NCBI GenBank assembly: GCA_963822445.1
Contig: CAWGHO010000003.1
Span: forward strand, 704,001-768,000
Length of the DNA stretch: 64,000 nt
Reading direction: 5' to 3'
Origin: an uncultured Acidobacteriota bacterium
GTDB lineage: Bacteria; Acidobacteriota; Thermoanaerobaculia; Gp7-AA8
In this document: one piece after another, positions 48,208 to 58,779 of the stretch
Position numbering within the stretch: position 1 is the first letter of the stretch
Layout of the letters: every line of letters starts with the position of its first letter
Notes under the pieces: model-generated
The model's input: the letters and a program-made list of their open reading frames with translations, nothing else
The model's database searches: none
Told to the model about the DNA's origin: nothing
Program-made: the position numbers and the translations under genes

Positions 48208-49500
48208 TCACCTCGCGGGCGACACGCCGCGCATACGCGCCCAGGGCGCCACATTCGCGGTGAATGCTTTCATCTCGTCCTTCGTCAACGGCATTCTGCG
48301 GCGAAAGTTGTCCCATGCATCTTCCGGCTCCGTATCCGAGCCGAAGTAGATGCGATGCAGGCCGATCTGACGCATGCGGCGCACGAGCGTCTTCATCATC
48401 TCCTCATCGCCGTAGACGGAGGAGGCTTCGAAGTAGAGGTTTTTCGCCGCGGGGTTACCGCTCGAGATTGCATCGGCGAAAACGCCCAGGGCCGGCTCGT
48501 TGTAAAACGCTCCGCCCCAGAGGTGTGCAACGACGACCTGAACGTCCGGCGCCGCGGCGACGAGCTGGTTCAGAAAGATCTCGGCCTGTTCGTTCCCCCA
48601 GCGCGGACTGCCCGACGTATGGACGAGCAATGGAAGCCGCAGCCGGTTCGCGGCCTCGAACACGTGGCGCGTCTTCGCAACGTGCTCCGGATCGTCGAGG
48701 TCCACCGGCGACGTACCGAAGTGCAGCTTCACGCCGGTGAACGCTTTGTTTTTCGCACAGCGCTCCATTTCCGCCACTGCGTAATCTTTGGTTGGATTGA
48801 AACTGCACAGTGCAACGAGCCGGTCGGGGTGGCGCATGACCTGCGCGGCCGTCCAGTCGTTCTCCGCCCGCACCATTGCGTAGCGGTCGCCCTTGCCGAC
48901 GGGAACGAGCCCGTCGAAGAAATAGGCGTTCGACAAAACGACCGCGCGCTGGATCCCGGCCTCGTCCAGGCGCGCGATCAGATCGTCGGCAAAGATCGGT
49001 TTCTGCACCGGCGGGATCGGGAACGACGGCGTCTCCGACGTGATGAGCAACTGACCGCCGGGCATCTCTTCGACGGTCAGGTGGAAGTAGCCGAGATGCC
49101 GCTGGTCCTTGCTGCGTGTGTAGTAGCCGCCGATGTTGCTGGTCGAGCCATTCGTGCGTAAAAAGACGGGCGTCAATTGGTCGTGGCTGTAGAAAACGGT
49201 TTCCAGGCTGCTCAATGCCTCGTCGCCGCGGCCCCAACCGGGCATGCTGTAGCGGAGAACCCAGGCGTCGTGCGTGTAAAGCTGCCTCAGCGCGTCCAGG
49301 TCTTTCACCCTTTCCCCTCGTTGCTTCAGGAGCAGGGCGAGGTCCGGGGGCAATTTCACGGCGGGCAGCGGTGGTGGGCTGTACACCGCGGTTGCGGCAG
49401 GGCTCATCAGGTGCTGATGATGGTCGGCGACCGGCGCGATTTTCCCGCAAGCGGAAATCACCATCATGGCCACCGCCGCAAACACGAGATTCGCCTTCAT
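48208..49500 (-). CDS. amidohydrolase family lipoprotein
   Basis: Lipobox ISAC; DHHQH, GVKLH, VH, AH and FGSD metal ligands. Confidence 0.85.
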   Translation of the reverse strand: MKANLVFAAVAMMVISACGKIAPVADHHQHLMSPAATAVYSPPPLPAVKLPPDLALLLKQRGERVKDLDALRQLYTHDAWVLRYSMPGWGRGDEALSSLETVFYSHDQLTPVFLRTNGSTSNIGGYYTRSKDQRHLGYFHLTVEEMPGGQLLITSETPSFPIPPVQKPIFADDLIARLDEAGIQRAVVLSNAYFFDGLVPVGKGDRYAMVRAENDWTAAQVMRHPDRLVALCSFNPTKDYAVAEMERCAKNKAFTGVKLHFGTSPVDLDDPEHVAKTRHVFEAANRLRLPLLVHTSGSPRWGNEQAEIFLNQLVAAAPDVQVVVAHLWGGAFYNEPALGVFADAISSGNPAAKNLYFEASSVYGDEEMMKTLVRRMRQIGLHRIYFGSDTEPEDAWDNFRRRMPLTKDEMKAFTANVAPWARMRGVSPAR

Positions 49501-49503
49501 TGA

Positions 49504-52500
49504 TCACCCCACGGGCAGCACGTTGTCCGCCGAATTCCGATCGATGTAGAAGTTGTACGGATCGACTCCCGCGTAGTTTGGCTTTTTTTCGGTCACGAAC
49601 TTCAGCACCTGCCGCCCCGACTTGATGGGCTGGCGCTCCATCAGCAGCACGTGGGATTTGTTGAACGCGTCGCGGCCCGGCTCGGCGGTGAAAAGGCCGA
49701 CTTCGATGCGCTCGGCCAGCGGCGTCTCGGTCTCCACGGCCTGGCCGGTGACGTAGACCTTCCTCGCCTCGACCGGCACCGTCACGTCCCACTTCCCGTC
49801 CGCGCGGCGCACGGCGGTCGGCGCGTCGACTTTCAGGTCGTAGAGCGTGACGCGCTCGAAGAGATCCGTAATCAGCGCCTGATCCTCCTCCGTCTTCGCC
49901 TCGGCGCGAAACGCGGCGATCAGGTCGAGCGACCGTGGGTACGGCGCGCCCTTCAACCTGTAGCGCGCCAGCATGTTGCGCAAGGCGCGGTTGACTCCGT
50001 CCTCGCCGATCCGCTTCGTCAGGAGGTACATGACCATCGCGCCCTTGCGGTAGCTGATGTGGTCCTGACCGAGGACGCGTGCGAGCGGCGGTTCCTCCTT
50101 CGGTGACCAGGAGCGGCCGCCGAGATAGCGGTGGAGCTCGAACTGCATGTAGCGGCGGATCTGATCCTCGCCGCGCATCTTCTTCATCACCATGTGCGCC
50201 GAATACTGGGCGAGGGTCTCGACGAACATCGTGTAGCCCTCCATCTCCGCGCCCATCATCTGGTTCGGCCACCACTGATGCGCAAATTCGTGGGAGGTGA
50301 TGCCGGTGACGAAGTCCATCGTGTCGGGCTCGTCGTAGTCGGCGATGAATCCGACCGACTCCGAGAACGGAATCGTGCCGGCGAATGCCTGAGCGTAGCC
50401 CTTGTATCCCGGGAACTCGACGACGCGGAAGTGATCGAACTGGTACGGACCGAAGTTGGCCTGGTAGTAGTCGAGCGAGGCCGCCATCGCGTCGAGCATC
50501 CGATCGACGTTCCATGCGTGGCGCGGGTGGTAGTAGACGCCGAGGTCGATCCCGCGGTGCAGGCGGTGCCTCTCCGCATAGCGCGCGGACTGCACCGAGA
50601 AGCGCACGCGAATCGGCACGGTCGTTACGAAACGGGCCGTGCGCCTTCCGTTACGAGTCACATCTGAGACCTTCCGTCCCGGCGCAATAGGCGTCTGATC
50701 GGCGTCCGTCGACAGAGTGATGTCCGCCTTCTTCATCAATCCATTGCCGAATGAGATCTTCGTCGTCGCGGAGAGATCTTCGAGCTTCGGCGGGCCGGTC
50801 ACAGTCGGAGGGAGGCCGTACTTGCGGCGGGTCTCGGGTTCCTGAAGCAGGCCGCCGTTGCTCATGCCGAGGATCGGCATGAGGTCCGTGTCGGTGACGA
50901 AGGAGCCGTTCTCGACGAGCGTCGTCGCCTGCTCTTCGTTGAGGAAACCGCGATGCCACCGCCGCGTCTCGAACGTGAGGAGACGCTCGTCGCCCGGCTG
51001 CATCGGGCGCTCGAGACGGTAGATGCGGTAGTTGTATCGCTTGTCGTCGAGGATCAGCCGCGCGCCCGGGACGGCGGCATTCGTCAATTCGAGACCCCCC
51101 TCGGTGGCCAGGCGGACGTGAAGGTCGGTAATCGGCTGCGCGGTCCGGTTGCGGAGCAGGTAGCGGCCCTTCGTCACGGCCCGGCGCTCGCTCGGATAGA
51201 GGTCGATGGTGAGCGTCAGCTCCTCGACCGCCGGCTGCGGCACGCCCTTGTATTTTCCGAATCGCTTTTCGTACTCGGCCATCGACGCCTGGAGGTCTTC
51301 CTGCGTCTGATACTCATTGAGGATGTTGGTGTTGTAGAACGCGTACGCGCCGGTTGCGGTGAAGATCAGCAGCGTCGCCGCGGCCACCCATCCCGCGGGT
51401 CCCGCCAGACGGCGCCGCGCCAGCGCGAGCCGCGGTTTCAGCCGGATCTCGGTGCCGCGCCTCCACAAGAGATGCGCGGCGAGCAGCAGCAGGACGGCGA
51501 ACGCTCCCCAGTACAGACGAAACGTCCACGGCCCGAGCCAGAAGGAGCCGGCTCCGTTGAGATCACTGAGCGGCATCTCCGGCGTCCCTGCGAAATTGAG
51601 GAGATTGTGTTTGATGTATTGGTTCACCTCCCGCCACGCGACGAACAGGGTCATGACTCCCCAGCCCACGGCCTTGTGGGGGCTGAGCGCCTGAATGAAG
51701 ATCGCCATCGCCGCGAGGATCAGCGAGTCGAAGCTCGCCGGCAGGACGTACCAGAGCAGGTACTGGCCGGGCTGCACGTCGGTGAACCCGAGGGAGAGTT
51801 GCAGCACGACCGCCGCGACGACGTTCAGGATGAGCATCGCCACGAACAGGAGCGCCAGCGCGCTGGTCTTCGGAATGACGTAGGCCCAGTTGGGGAGCGG
51901 GGAGGCGTCGACGAGCTCGTGGACCCTGCGGTCGCGCTCGCGCCATACCAGCTCGCCTGCGTAGTAGATGGCCACGATCAGCGGAATGATCCTGAACGCA
52001 TCCTCGATCTCCGGAATGAGCGACAGCGTGGTCGGGTACTCCGGCAGGTAGTCGGGGAACCGCTGGGTCATCAGGACGAAGACCGTGACGTACATCCCCC
52101 ACACCATCAGGACCGGAAAGGCGGGGCTCATGACGACCTGCCGGAACTCGAATTTCGTGCGCATCCAGAGGAGGGCACGCAGCGCGGCGTGGCCGTGCCG
52201 TGGGTTGGGGAGCGCTGAAGGTGTGATTCCTTGATCAAAAGGCAGGCCGGAGGCCTGCACCACACGCTGCTTTTTCCGCTCGCGTTTCGACATCCCCTGG
52301 TCGGTGAATCGGTAGACGGCATACGTGGCCGCCAGGAAGAGGATGGCGACAGTGATCCACAGCAGCCGGTTGTAAAGCAGGGCGCCGCTGAAATCGGGCA
52401 GCAGGATGTTCCGTTCGGCGATCGTCCAGTAACGCGCCGCGTCTTTCAGCGCGCGCAATGCGAACGGCTCCGCGACGGCGACGACGGTCTCGAGTTGCGG

Positions 52501-53091
52501 CCGGCGGAACGCACCATCAGCGTGAAAAAGCCGGCGATGAAGCCGATGACGCCGAGGTACGTGGCCATCATCGAGCGGGTAATCGTGGCCAGGGCGAAGA
52601 AGATCGCGGAGTGCATGAGGACATTCGGCAGCGCGATCAGGAAATAAGCGTAGAGATGGTCGGTGATCCGGTTGGGCCCGAGGTTCGCCGCATTGGCCCA
52701 CGGCATCAGCGCGCCGAGCAGGCTTCCGACCGGCACGGCCGCCATGCACAGCGCCGCGATGGCGAAGGCGCCGAGGAAGCGTCCGAAGACGTAGTCGAAC
52801 TTGGTGATCTTGCGTCGATCGGATGATCGGGCCGAAGCCGGTCTCGTCGTCGCGAATGACCGCGTTCGCGACGAACGACGTCGTCACGAACATGGCCAGG
52901 ACCGAGAACATCACCGTGTTGCGCAGCGTGGCGTACGCGGCGTTCCGGACCAGGCCGCCCTCGGAGCCCAGCTCCCAGAACTCGACATTCATCGACAGGA
53001 ACACCATGGCGAACATCAACGCGGCCGTCAGCCACAGAAGCGGGTTCCGGAGCAGATAACGGATTTCGAATCGGGCAATGGCGATGATCAT
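49504..53091 (-). CDS. ABC-2 permease / M1 aminopeptidase fusion (compensating frameshifts ~52810 and ~52515)
   Basis: Multi-TM N-half; AQAF, HEFAH...E, Y.KG zincin motifs. Confidence 0.9.
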   Translation of the reverse strand: MIIAIARFEIRYLLRNPLLWLTAALMFAMVFLSMNVEFWELGSEGGLVRNAAYATLRNTVMFSVLAMFVTTSFVANAVIRDDETGFGPIIRSTQDHQVRLRLRTLPRRLRHRGAVHGGRAGRKPARRADAVGQCGEPRAQPDHRPSLRLFPDRAAECPHALRDLLRPGHDYPLDDGHVPRRHRLHRRLFHADGAFRRPQLETVVAVAEPFALRALKDAARYWTIAERNILLPDFSGALLYNRLLWITVAILFLAATYAVYRFTDQGMSKRERKKQRVVQASGLPFDQGITPSALPNPRHGHAALRALLWMRTKFEFRQVVMSPAFPVLMVWGMYVTVFVLMTQRFPDYLPEYPTTLSLIPEIEDAFRIIPLIVAIYYAGELVWRERDRRVHELVDASPLPNWAYVIPKTSALALLFVAMLILNVVAAVVLQLSLGFTDVQPGQYLLWYVLPASFDSLILAAMAIFIQALSPHKAVGWGVMTLFVAWREVNQYIKHNLLNFAGTPEMPLSDLNGAGSFWLGPWTFRLYWGAFAVLLLLAAHLLWRRGTEIRLKPRLALARRRLAGPAGWVAAATLLIFTATGAYAFYNTNILNEYQTQEDLQASMAEYEKRFGKYKGVPQPAVEELTLTIDLYPSERRAVTKGRYLLRNRTAQPITDLHVRLATEGGLELTNAAVPGARLILDDKRYNYRIYRLERPMQPGDERLLTFETRRWHRGFLNEEQATTLVENGSFVTDTDLMPILGMSNGGLLQEPETRRKYGLPPTVTGPPKLEDLSATTKISFGNGLMKKADITLSTDADQTPIAPGRKVSDVTRNGRRTARFVTTVPIRVRFSVQSARYAERHRLHRGIDLGVYYHPRHAWNVDRMLDAMAASLDYYQANFGPYQFDHFRVVEFPGYKGYAQAFAGTIPFSESVGFIADYDEPDTMDFVTGITSHEFAHQWWPNQMMGAEMEGYTMFVETLAQYSAHMVMKKMRGEDQIRRYMQFELHRYLGGRSWSPKEEPPLARVLGQDHISYRKGAMVMYLLTKRIGEDGVNRALRNMLARYRLKGAPYPRSLDLIAAFRAEAKTEEDQALITDLFERVTLYDLKVDAPTAVRRADGKWDVTVPVEARKVYVTGQAVETETPLAERIEVGLFTAEPGRDAFNKSHVLLMERQPIKSGRQVLKFVTEKKPNYAGVDPYNFYIDRNSADNVLPVG

Positions 53092-53101
53092 CGGTTGGCC
53101 C

Positions 53102-53983
53102 TCAGGCCGCGCGCCGCGATTCTGCGAGCGTGGAGAAGTAGACGTCCTCGAGTCCGGCGTCGACCGGCGTGAAGCCGTTGCCGGGATCGCGGTCGGAGAG
53201 GATGTGCACCACCGTCCGTCCGGCGAAGAGGCGCGTGGAGAGCAGCTCGTACTGCTCGCGGTGGCGGGCGAGCTCGCCGCGCTCGACCACCTTCCTCCAG
53301 ATTCTGCCGCGGGTGGCGTGGACGAGCTCCTGCGGCGCGCCTTCGCGCTGCACGCGCCCGTCCGCGAGGACGGCCATGCGATGGCAGAGATCCGAGACGT
53401 CCTCGACGATGTGGGTCGAGAGGATCACCACCACGTTCTCGCCGATCTCCGCGAGCAGGTTCAGGAAGCGGTTCCGCTCCTCGGGATCGAGGCCGGCGGT
53501 CGGCTCGTCGACGATGATCAGTTCCGGGTTGCCGATCAGCGCCTGGGCGATGCCGAAGCGCTGGCGCATGCCGCCGGAAAAGCCGGAGAGCATCTTCTTG
53601 CGGACGCTCCACAAGATTCGACCTGCTGCAGCAGCGTTTCGACGGTGGTCTTGCGGTCCGCCGGCGAGGCGACGCCTTTGAGCACCGCCATGTGGTCGAG
53701 CATCTCGTACGCGGAGACGCGCGGATAAACGCCGAAATCCTGCGGCAGATAGCCGAGCGTGCGGCGCAGCTTTTCCGGCTCGGCGATGACATCGACCTCG
53801 CCGAAGCGGATACGTTCCTTCGGTCGGCGTCTGCAGCGTGGCGATCGCGCGCATCAGCGTCGATTTGCCGGCGCCGTTCGGGCCGAGCAGGCCGTACATG
53901 CCGCGCGGAATGGACAGCGTCACGTGATCGAGGGCGCGGGTTCCGTTGGGATAGAGATGGCTTACGTCATGAAGTTCGAGCAT
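53102..53983 (-). CDS. ABC transporter ATP-binding protein (compensating frameshifts ~53810 and ~53620)
   Basis: GPNGAGKS, FSGGMRQR, VDEPT, STH. Confidence 0.9.
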   Translation of the reverse strand: MLELHDVSHLYPNGTRALDHVTLSIPRGMYGLLGPNGAGKSTLMRAIATLQTPTEGTYPLRRGRCHRRAGKAAPHARLSAAGFRRLSARLRVRDARPHGGAQRRRLAGGPQDHRRNAAAAGRILWSVRKKMLSGFSGGMRQRFGIAQALIGNPELIIVDEPTAGLDPEERNRFLNLLAEIGENVVVILSTHIVEDVSDLCHRMAVLADGRVQREGAPQELVHATRGRIWRKVVERGELARHREQYELLSTRLFAGRTVVHILSDRDPGNGFTPVDAGLEDVYFSTLAESRRAA

Positions 53984-54017
53984 CGAGGGGTCTCCTTGGT
54001 GATTGGGTGAGTTGAGG

Positions 54018-54758
54018 TCAGTGGCGCCGGCTCTCGCGGTGTCGCGAGATGGCGATCCAGAGCGCGATCAGGCCGGCTCCGAACCAGAGGAGGGTGGCGA
54101 TGGCCCACTGTGCGAGCTCAGGCAACGTCAGCAAGGCCGCCGCGCTCTTCTGGACCGTGGCAAAGAAGAGTTGTGCGCCGGGGACGTAGCGCCACTCGCT
54201 GTCGTCGGGCTGGTTGAGCAGGTCACCGAGTCCGCCCATCAGCAAAAGCACGCCGGCGGCGCCGAAGAGCCAGCGCATTGGATGGCGCAGGCCCAGCACC
54301 AGCGCGCTGCCGAGGAGATACAGGGCCATCGTCGCGACGACCGGGACGCGCGCGAGCTGCTCCGCGGGGGACGCGCCGGCAATGAGCGCCAGCGCGAGCA
54401 GCCAGGTGACGAAGAACGTCACGGCAGCGATCAGCCACACCCCGCCCGCGAACACTTTCGCGAGTGCCAATCGCTGCCGGTTCACGGGGAGGGTCCAGAG
54501 GAAGGAAGGCCCGAATCGCTTCTCACTTCTCCAGACGGCGAAGGGATAGAGGAAGGCGATGAGCGGGAGCGGGAACATGTCGTGGGCATCGAATCCCGGA
54601 CCGCCGCTGATGATCTCCTTCACGACCATCAACGTGCCGATGCCGAGGACCGCGGCAACGACGAGCGCCGCGGGGCGGAGATTCAGGCCGACGATCCGGA
54701 TCTGCTCGAGCACGACGTCGCGCCAGCGCGGCAGCGGATGAAGAGTCACTTCAGTCAT
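54018..54758 (-). CDS. ABC transporter permease-like membrane protein
   Basis: About six TM segments, LPV.R motif, ATGA overlap with the ATPase. Confidence 0.7.
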   Translation of the reverse strand: MTEVTLHPLPRWRDVVLEQIRIVGLNLRPAALVVAAVLGIGTLMVVKEIISGGPGFDAHDMFPLPLIAFLYPFAVWRSEKRFGPSFLWTLPVNRQRLALAKVFAGGVWLIAAVTFFVTWLLALALIAGASPAEQLARVPVVATMALYLLGSALVLGLRHPMRWLFGAAGVLLLMGGLGDLLNQPDDSEWRYVPGAQLFFATVQKSAAALLTLPELAQWAIATLLWFGAGLIALWIAISRHRESRRH

Positions 54759-55667
54759 CGCGGTTCCTCCTCGGCCAGAAAGGCAAGGGCCGCGTCTTCC
54801 AGCGCCAGCGACGTGACGTCGCGAACCGTCGCGCCGGCGGCGGCGAGCCGCGCGGTCACGTCGCGCTCTTCGCCGATCAGCGTCCACTGCACTTCGCGGC
54901 CGCCGCGCGAGCGCCGCAGACTCGGAGTCCGAAGCTCAGGCGGCGCTTCCCATCCTTCGGGCACTTCGACGCGGTAGCGGAGGACGGTCCGCCGCAGCTC
55001 ATCGCGGGACATCTGCGCGACCAGGCGGCCCGCGTTGAGCACGCCGATGTGATCGGCGAGGCTATCCACCTCGCCGATGTGGTGCGTCGCGATCAGGACC
55101 GTCGTCGGTGTGTCGGCCAGGTGCTCGGCGAGTTGCGTGAGCGTGCGATTGCGCACGACGGGATCGAGGCCATCGGTGGGCTCGTCGAGCAGCAGCAGGG
55201 AAGGGCGATGCGCCAGGGTGAGCACGAACTGCAGCCGGCGGCTCTCGCCTTTCGAAAGCGTGCCGATCTTCCGCTCCGGACGGACGCCGAAGATCTCGAT
55301 GAGACGCGCGGCGTACGCGTGATCCCAGGCCGGGTAGTGCGCGGCGACGTGCCGGATCAACTGCGTGCCCGTCAGCCATGAATAGGCGTGTTCGTGCGAC
55401 TCGGGCATGTAGCCGATCTGCGCCCGCACCTGGGGACCGTCCGTGGCGGTGTCGAGCCCGAAGACTTCCGCACGTCCCTCGTCCGGGCGCTCGAGATTCA
55501 GCAGCACTTTCATCGCGCGTGCTCTTGCCGGCGCCGTTCGATCCGATGAGCACGTAGACCGCGCCCTCGGGGACGCGAAGGTCGACGGCGTTCAGGGCCG
55601 GCTGTTTTCCGTAGCGCATCGACAATCCATGCGTCGTTACCGCGAATGACTCCGGCGAGCGGCTCAT
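54755..55667 (-). CDS. ABC transporter ATP-binding protein (frameshift ~55517)
   Basis: GSNGAGKS in one frame; LSKGE, LLDEPT and ATH in the next. Confidence 0.88.
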
Positions 55668-56041
55668 TCGTCCTCCTTCGCCGCCAGCTTCTCGATCATC
55701 GTCACCAGCTCCTCCACGCCTATGCCGTTCCGCCGCGCTTCCAGCAGCGCGCGTTTGGCCACGGCCATGGCCAGGCTGCGCCGCTCTCCGGCGCCGCGGC
55801 GGACGGTGGGGGAGACGAACGTTCCCTGTCCGCGCCGCACGTAGATGACGCCCTCGCGCTCGAGCTCCTGGTAGGCCTGCGACACGGTCCGGGGATTCAC
55901 GACCAGCTCCGCGGCGAGCTCGCGCACGGAAGGAAGCGGATCCTCGGCCCGCAACGTGCCGACGACGACCGCCCGCCGCACCTCATCCATGATCTGGAGA
56001 TAGAGCGGCCGCGCGTCCTGCGGTTCGAGGTTCACCAGCAT
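55664..56041 (-). CDS. GntR family, YtrA-type regulator
   Basis: PLYLQI, LPSVRELA, NPRTV..AY..LE..G, GQGTFV; short C-terminus; heads the ABC operon. Confidence 0.93.
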   Translation of the reverse strand: MLVNLEPQDARPLYLQIMDEVRRAVVVGTLRAEDPLPSVRELAAELVVNPRTVSQAYQELEREGVIYVRRGQGTFVSPTVRRGAGERRSLAMAVAKRALLEARRNGIGVEELVTMIEKLAAKEDE

Positions 56042-56050
56042 CAGGCCGCC

Positions 56051-56084
56051 GTGGCAGTGTTGTACACAAGCGCAACACTACCAC
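56051..56084. promoter_or_regulatory. putative YtrA/GntR operator
   Basis: Imperfect palindrome GTGGCAGTGTTG-N10-CAACACTACCAC just upstream of the GntR start. Confidence 0.55.
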
Positions 56085-56120
56085 ACTGCTGGCGGGTCAT
56101 GGAAGTGACGACGGTGTGAC

Positions 56121-56192
56121 GGTGTGGTGCAGGCCTCCGGCCTGCCTCTGGGCGGGGGAATCGAAAGGCAGGCCGGAGGCCTGCACCACACC
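56121..56192. repeat. REP family B doublet (REPIN-like)
   Basis: Perfect 26-bp inverted repeats at 56121-56146 and 56167-56192; the same sequence occurs at 52241-52265. Confidence 0.85.
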
Positions 56193-56205
56193 GTAGAATC
56201 CTCCA

Positions 56206-56664
56206 ATGGAAAAACTCCAACAACGCATCTTCATCAACGCACCGCGCGAACGGGTGTGGGACGTCATGCTGGCCGACGACACCTACCGCCAGTGGACGAG
56301 CGCCTTCCACGCCGGCTCGTACTACAAAGGCGATTGGAGTCAGGGCTCGAAGATCCTCTTCCTCGGCCCGAGCGACGACGGCTCCGGCGAGGGAGGAATG
56401 GTCAGCCGGATCAAGGAAAACCGGCGCCACGAATTCATTTCCATCGAGCATCTGGGCATCGTTCGCGATGGCGTCGAAGACACGGAAAGCGCCGAGGCCA
56501 AGAAATGGGCGCCGGCGTACGAGAACTACACGTTCGTGGAGAGAGACGGCGGGACTGAGCTGAGCGTCGAGATGGACATCGACTCGAAAGCGCGCGAGAC
56601 CTTCGAGAAGATGTGGCTGAAGGCGCTGGCAAAGCTCAAGGAGATCGCGGAGGCAGGCTCATGA
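56206..56664 (+). CDS. SRPBCC/AHSA1-like domain protein
   Basis: INAPRERVW, W..AL.KLKEIAE. Confidence 0.85.
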   Translation: MEKLQQRIFINAPRERVWDVMLADDTYRQWTSAFHAGSYYKGDWSQGSKILFLGPSDDGSGEGGMVSRIKENRRHEFISIEHLGIVRDGVEDTESAEAKKWAPAYENYTFVERDGGTELSVEMDIDSKARETFEKMWLKALAKLKEIAEAGS

Positions 56665-57122
56665 AACGCACCCGATTGCTGCTGTTCACCCTCTGCTTCG
56701 TGCTGACCTGCCCGGTCCTGGCTGAAGAGCCCGCGTTCGATCCCGAGCTCGCGAAGAAGCTCGGCGCCGATGAGCGCGGCATGCGCATGTACGTCCTCTG
56801 CATCCTCAAGACGGGGCCGAAGGATGCCGAGATCAAGGGTGATGAACGGAAAGCGATCTTCGCCGGCCACTTCGCGAACATCGGCAAGCTCGCCGATGAA
56901 GGGAAGCTTGCCGTGGCCGGCCCGTTCGGCAAGAACGACAAGTCCTATCGCGGTCTCTACATCTTCAACGTGTCGACTCTCGAAGAAGCGGAGAAGCTGG
57001 TCACGCTCGATCCGGCGGTGAAGGCGGGAGTGTTCGTCCACGAGCTCACGCCCTGGTACGGCTCGGCCGCGATGATGGTCGTCAACGACACCCACAAGCG
57101 GATCGAGAAGCCGAAGGAGTAA
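56661..57122 (+). CDS. secreted YciI family protein
   Basis: Signal peptide; GHFANI, AGPF, DPAV.AG. Confidence 0.85.
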   Translation: MKRTRLLLFTLCFVLTCPVLAEEPAFDPELAKKLGADERGMRMYVLCILKTGPKDAEIKGDERKAIFAGHFANIGKLADEGKLAVAGPFGKNDKSYRGLYIFNVSTLEEAEKLVTLDPAVKAGVFVHELTPWYGSAAMMVVNDTHKRIEKPKE

Positions 57123-57140
57123 TGTCTCGACGCGTCAAAT

Positions 57141-57665
57141 TCACGCGTCGTAAACGATGTCGTATTCGAGACGCACCGTGCCCGACTTCTCGTAGACGCG
57201 CTGGTTGCGAAGGGCCAGCTTCGTGCGCGGTGCGGGAGAAGGCAGGAGAGGGATGCCGCCGCCGAGGAGCACGGGAACCACCGCGACCTCGATCTGATCG
57301 ACGAGCCGCGCCGCGAGCAGACTGCGAAACAGCTCCCCGCCTCCGAACAGGGCGATGTCCTTTCCGGGCTGACCGCGCAACTCCCGCACGACCCGCTCGG
57401 CATCGGCTTCGATCCTGAATTTCGGGAAGTCCGCTGGTCTCATCGTGCGCGAGAAGATGATGTTGCGAATGCCCGGTGCTTCCTCTGCCATGCCCATCTG
57501 CCGCATCGCGTCGAACGTCTTCCGCCCGATCAGGAACGTGTCGTACCGGCTCATCATCGCGGCGAAGTCGACGTCCGGATCCATCACGATCCAGTCGTAT
57601 TCGCCGTCCGGACCGGCGATGTACCCGTCGAGGCTGACCGCGCCACCAAAGCGGACGAGACGCAT
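57141..57665 (-). CDS. dihydrofolate reductase / RibD C-terminal family protein
   Basis: SLDGYIA, GRKTF, GGG, PVLLGGGIPL. Confidence 0.9.
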   Translation of the reverse strand: MRLVRFGGAVSLDGYIAGPDGEYDWIVMDPDVDFAAMMSRYDTFLIGRKTFDAMRQMGMAEEAPGIRNIIFSRTMRPADFPKFRIEADAERVVRELRGQPGKDIALFGGGELFRSLLAARLVDQIEVAVVPVLLGGGIPLLPSPAPRTKLALRNQRVYEKSGTVRLEYDIVYDA

Positions 57666-57680
57666 GGGTGGAAAGGATAA

Positions 57681-57706
57681 GGTAGGCCGGAGGCCCACAC
57701 TACACC
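57681..57706. repeat. REP family B copy
   Basis: Identical to 31331-31356 (reverse complement); supplies the TAG of the histidine kinase. Confidence 0.85.
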
Positions 57707-58779
57707 GGGAAGGCCACGCGAAAGATCGAGCCCCGCCCTTCGTCGCTCTGCACGTCGATCGCCGCGTGGTGCATGTGCGCGAGCTGTTTGACGATGGCCA
57801 GGCCCAGGCCGGTGCTTTTCTCGTCGCTCGTGCCCGCGGCTCCCAGCGTTCGGAACGGCTCGAAGATCTCGGCGAGCTTGTCCCTGGGGATGCCGATTCC
57901 CTGGTCCTCGATCTCGACGACCGCGCGCTCTGCTTCCTTGCGCACGCGGATGGTGACGTTGGTGTTGCTCCGCGAGAACTTGATGGCGTTGACCACCAGG
58001 TTGTTGATGATCTGCCGGAGCTTGACCGGATCGGCGCGGATGATGGCCCGGTCGGTGAGAGGCTCGAAGGTGATGGTGATCTGCTTGCGGTCCGCGCGCA
58101 GCCGGTTGATCACCGCGGCATGAGCGGCGGCGTTGACCAGGTCGACGTCCTGCAGATCGACGTCGACGTGTCCGCTCTCCAGCCTCGCCGAGTCGAGCAG
58201 CTCCTCGACCAGTTCGGCCATGAACCGGGAGGACGTGGAGATCTCGTCGATGAACAGCAGTTGTTCCTCGCGGCGAAGGTCGTCCGCTTTGAGCAGGTCG
58301 GCGTACGAGGAGATCACGGTGAGTGGATTGCGCAGGTCGTGTGCGGCGATCGCGAGCAGGCGGGATTTCTCCGCGGACAACCGCTCCAGGGAAGCGCTCT
58401 TGCGAGCGAGCTCGCGCTCGCGGTTGATGACCTCGTTGTTCAGCCGGGACAGCTCTTCGTACACGCCCGGATTCATTCCGGGCGATGCCGGTGCGGCCAG
58501 GATCAGCAGCCCTTCTCCCCGCAAGCCGGCGAAGGTCAGCGAGCGCACCGTCCCGCCGGCGGGCACGTCGAGCTCCCAGCCCGCGGCGAAGCCGGTTGCC
58601 TCGACCGCGGCGATGAAGTGCTCCGCTTTCCGCGCCGAGCCTTCATCGACGAGCGCGCTGAGGGTCACGCCGGCGCGCGCCACGCCGAAGTCGTCGCCGT
58701 GGACTTTGACGACCGTGCCGTCGGCGGCGCAGGACAGCGCTAACCACTGCGTGGCTCCCGAGTAGCGAGGGTCAGCCAT
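57700..58779 (-). CDS. cytoplasmic histidine kinase with short PAS-like N-terminus
   Basis: AHDLRNPL H-box, NLVVNAIKF, DQGIGI, GLGL; no TM segment. Confidence 0.92.
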   Translation of the reverse strand: MADPRYSGATQWLALSCAADGTVVKVHGDDFGVARAGVTLSALVDEGSARKAEHFIAAVEATGFAAGWELDVPAGGTVRSLTFAGLRGEGLLILAAPASPGMNPGVYEELSRLNNEVINRERELARKSASLERLSAEKSRLLAIAAHDLRNPLTVISSYADLLKADDLRREEQLLFIDEISTSSRFMAELVEELLDSARLESGHVDVDLQDVDLVNAAAHAAVINRLRADRKQITITFEPLTDRAIIRADPVKLRQIINNLVVNAIKFSRSNTNVTIRVRKEAERAVVEIEDQGIGIPRDKLAEIFEPFRTLGAAGTSDEKSTGLGLAIVKQLAHMHHAAIDVQSDEGRGSIFRVAFPV

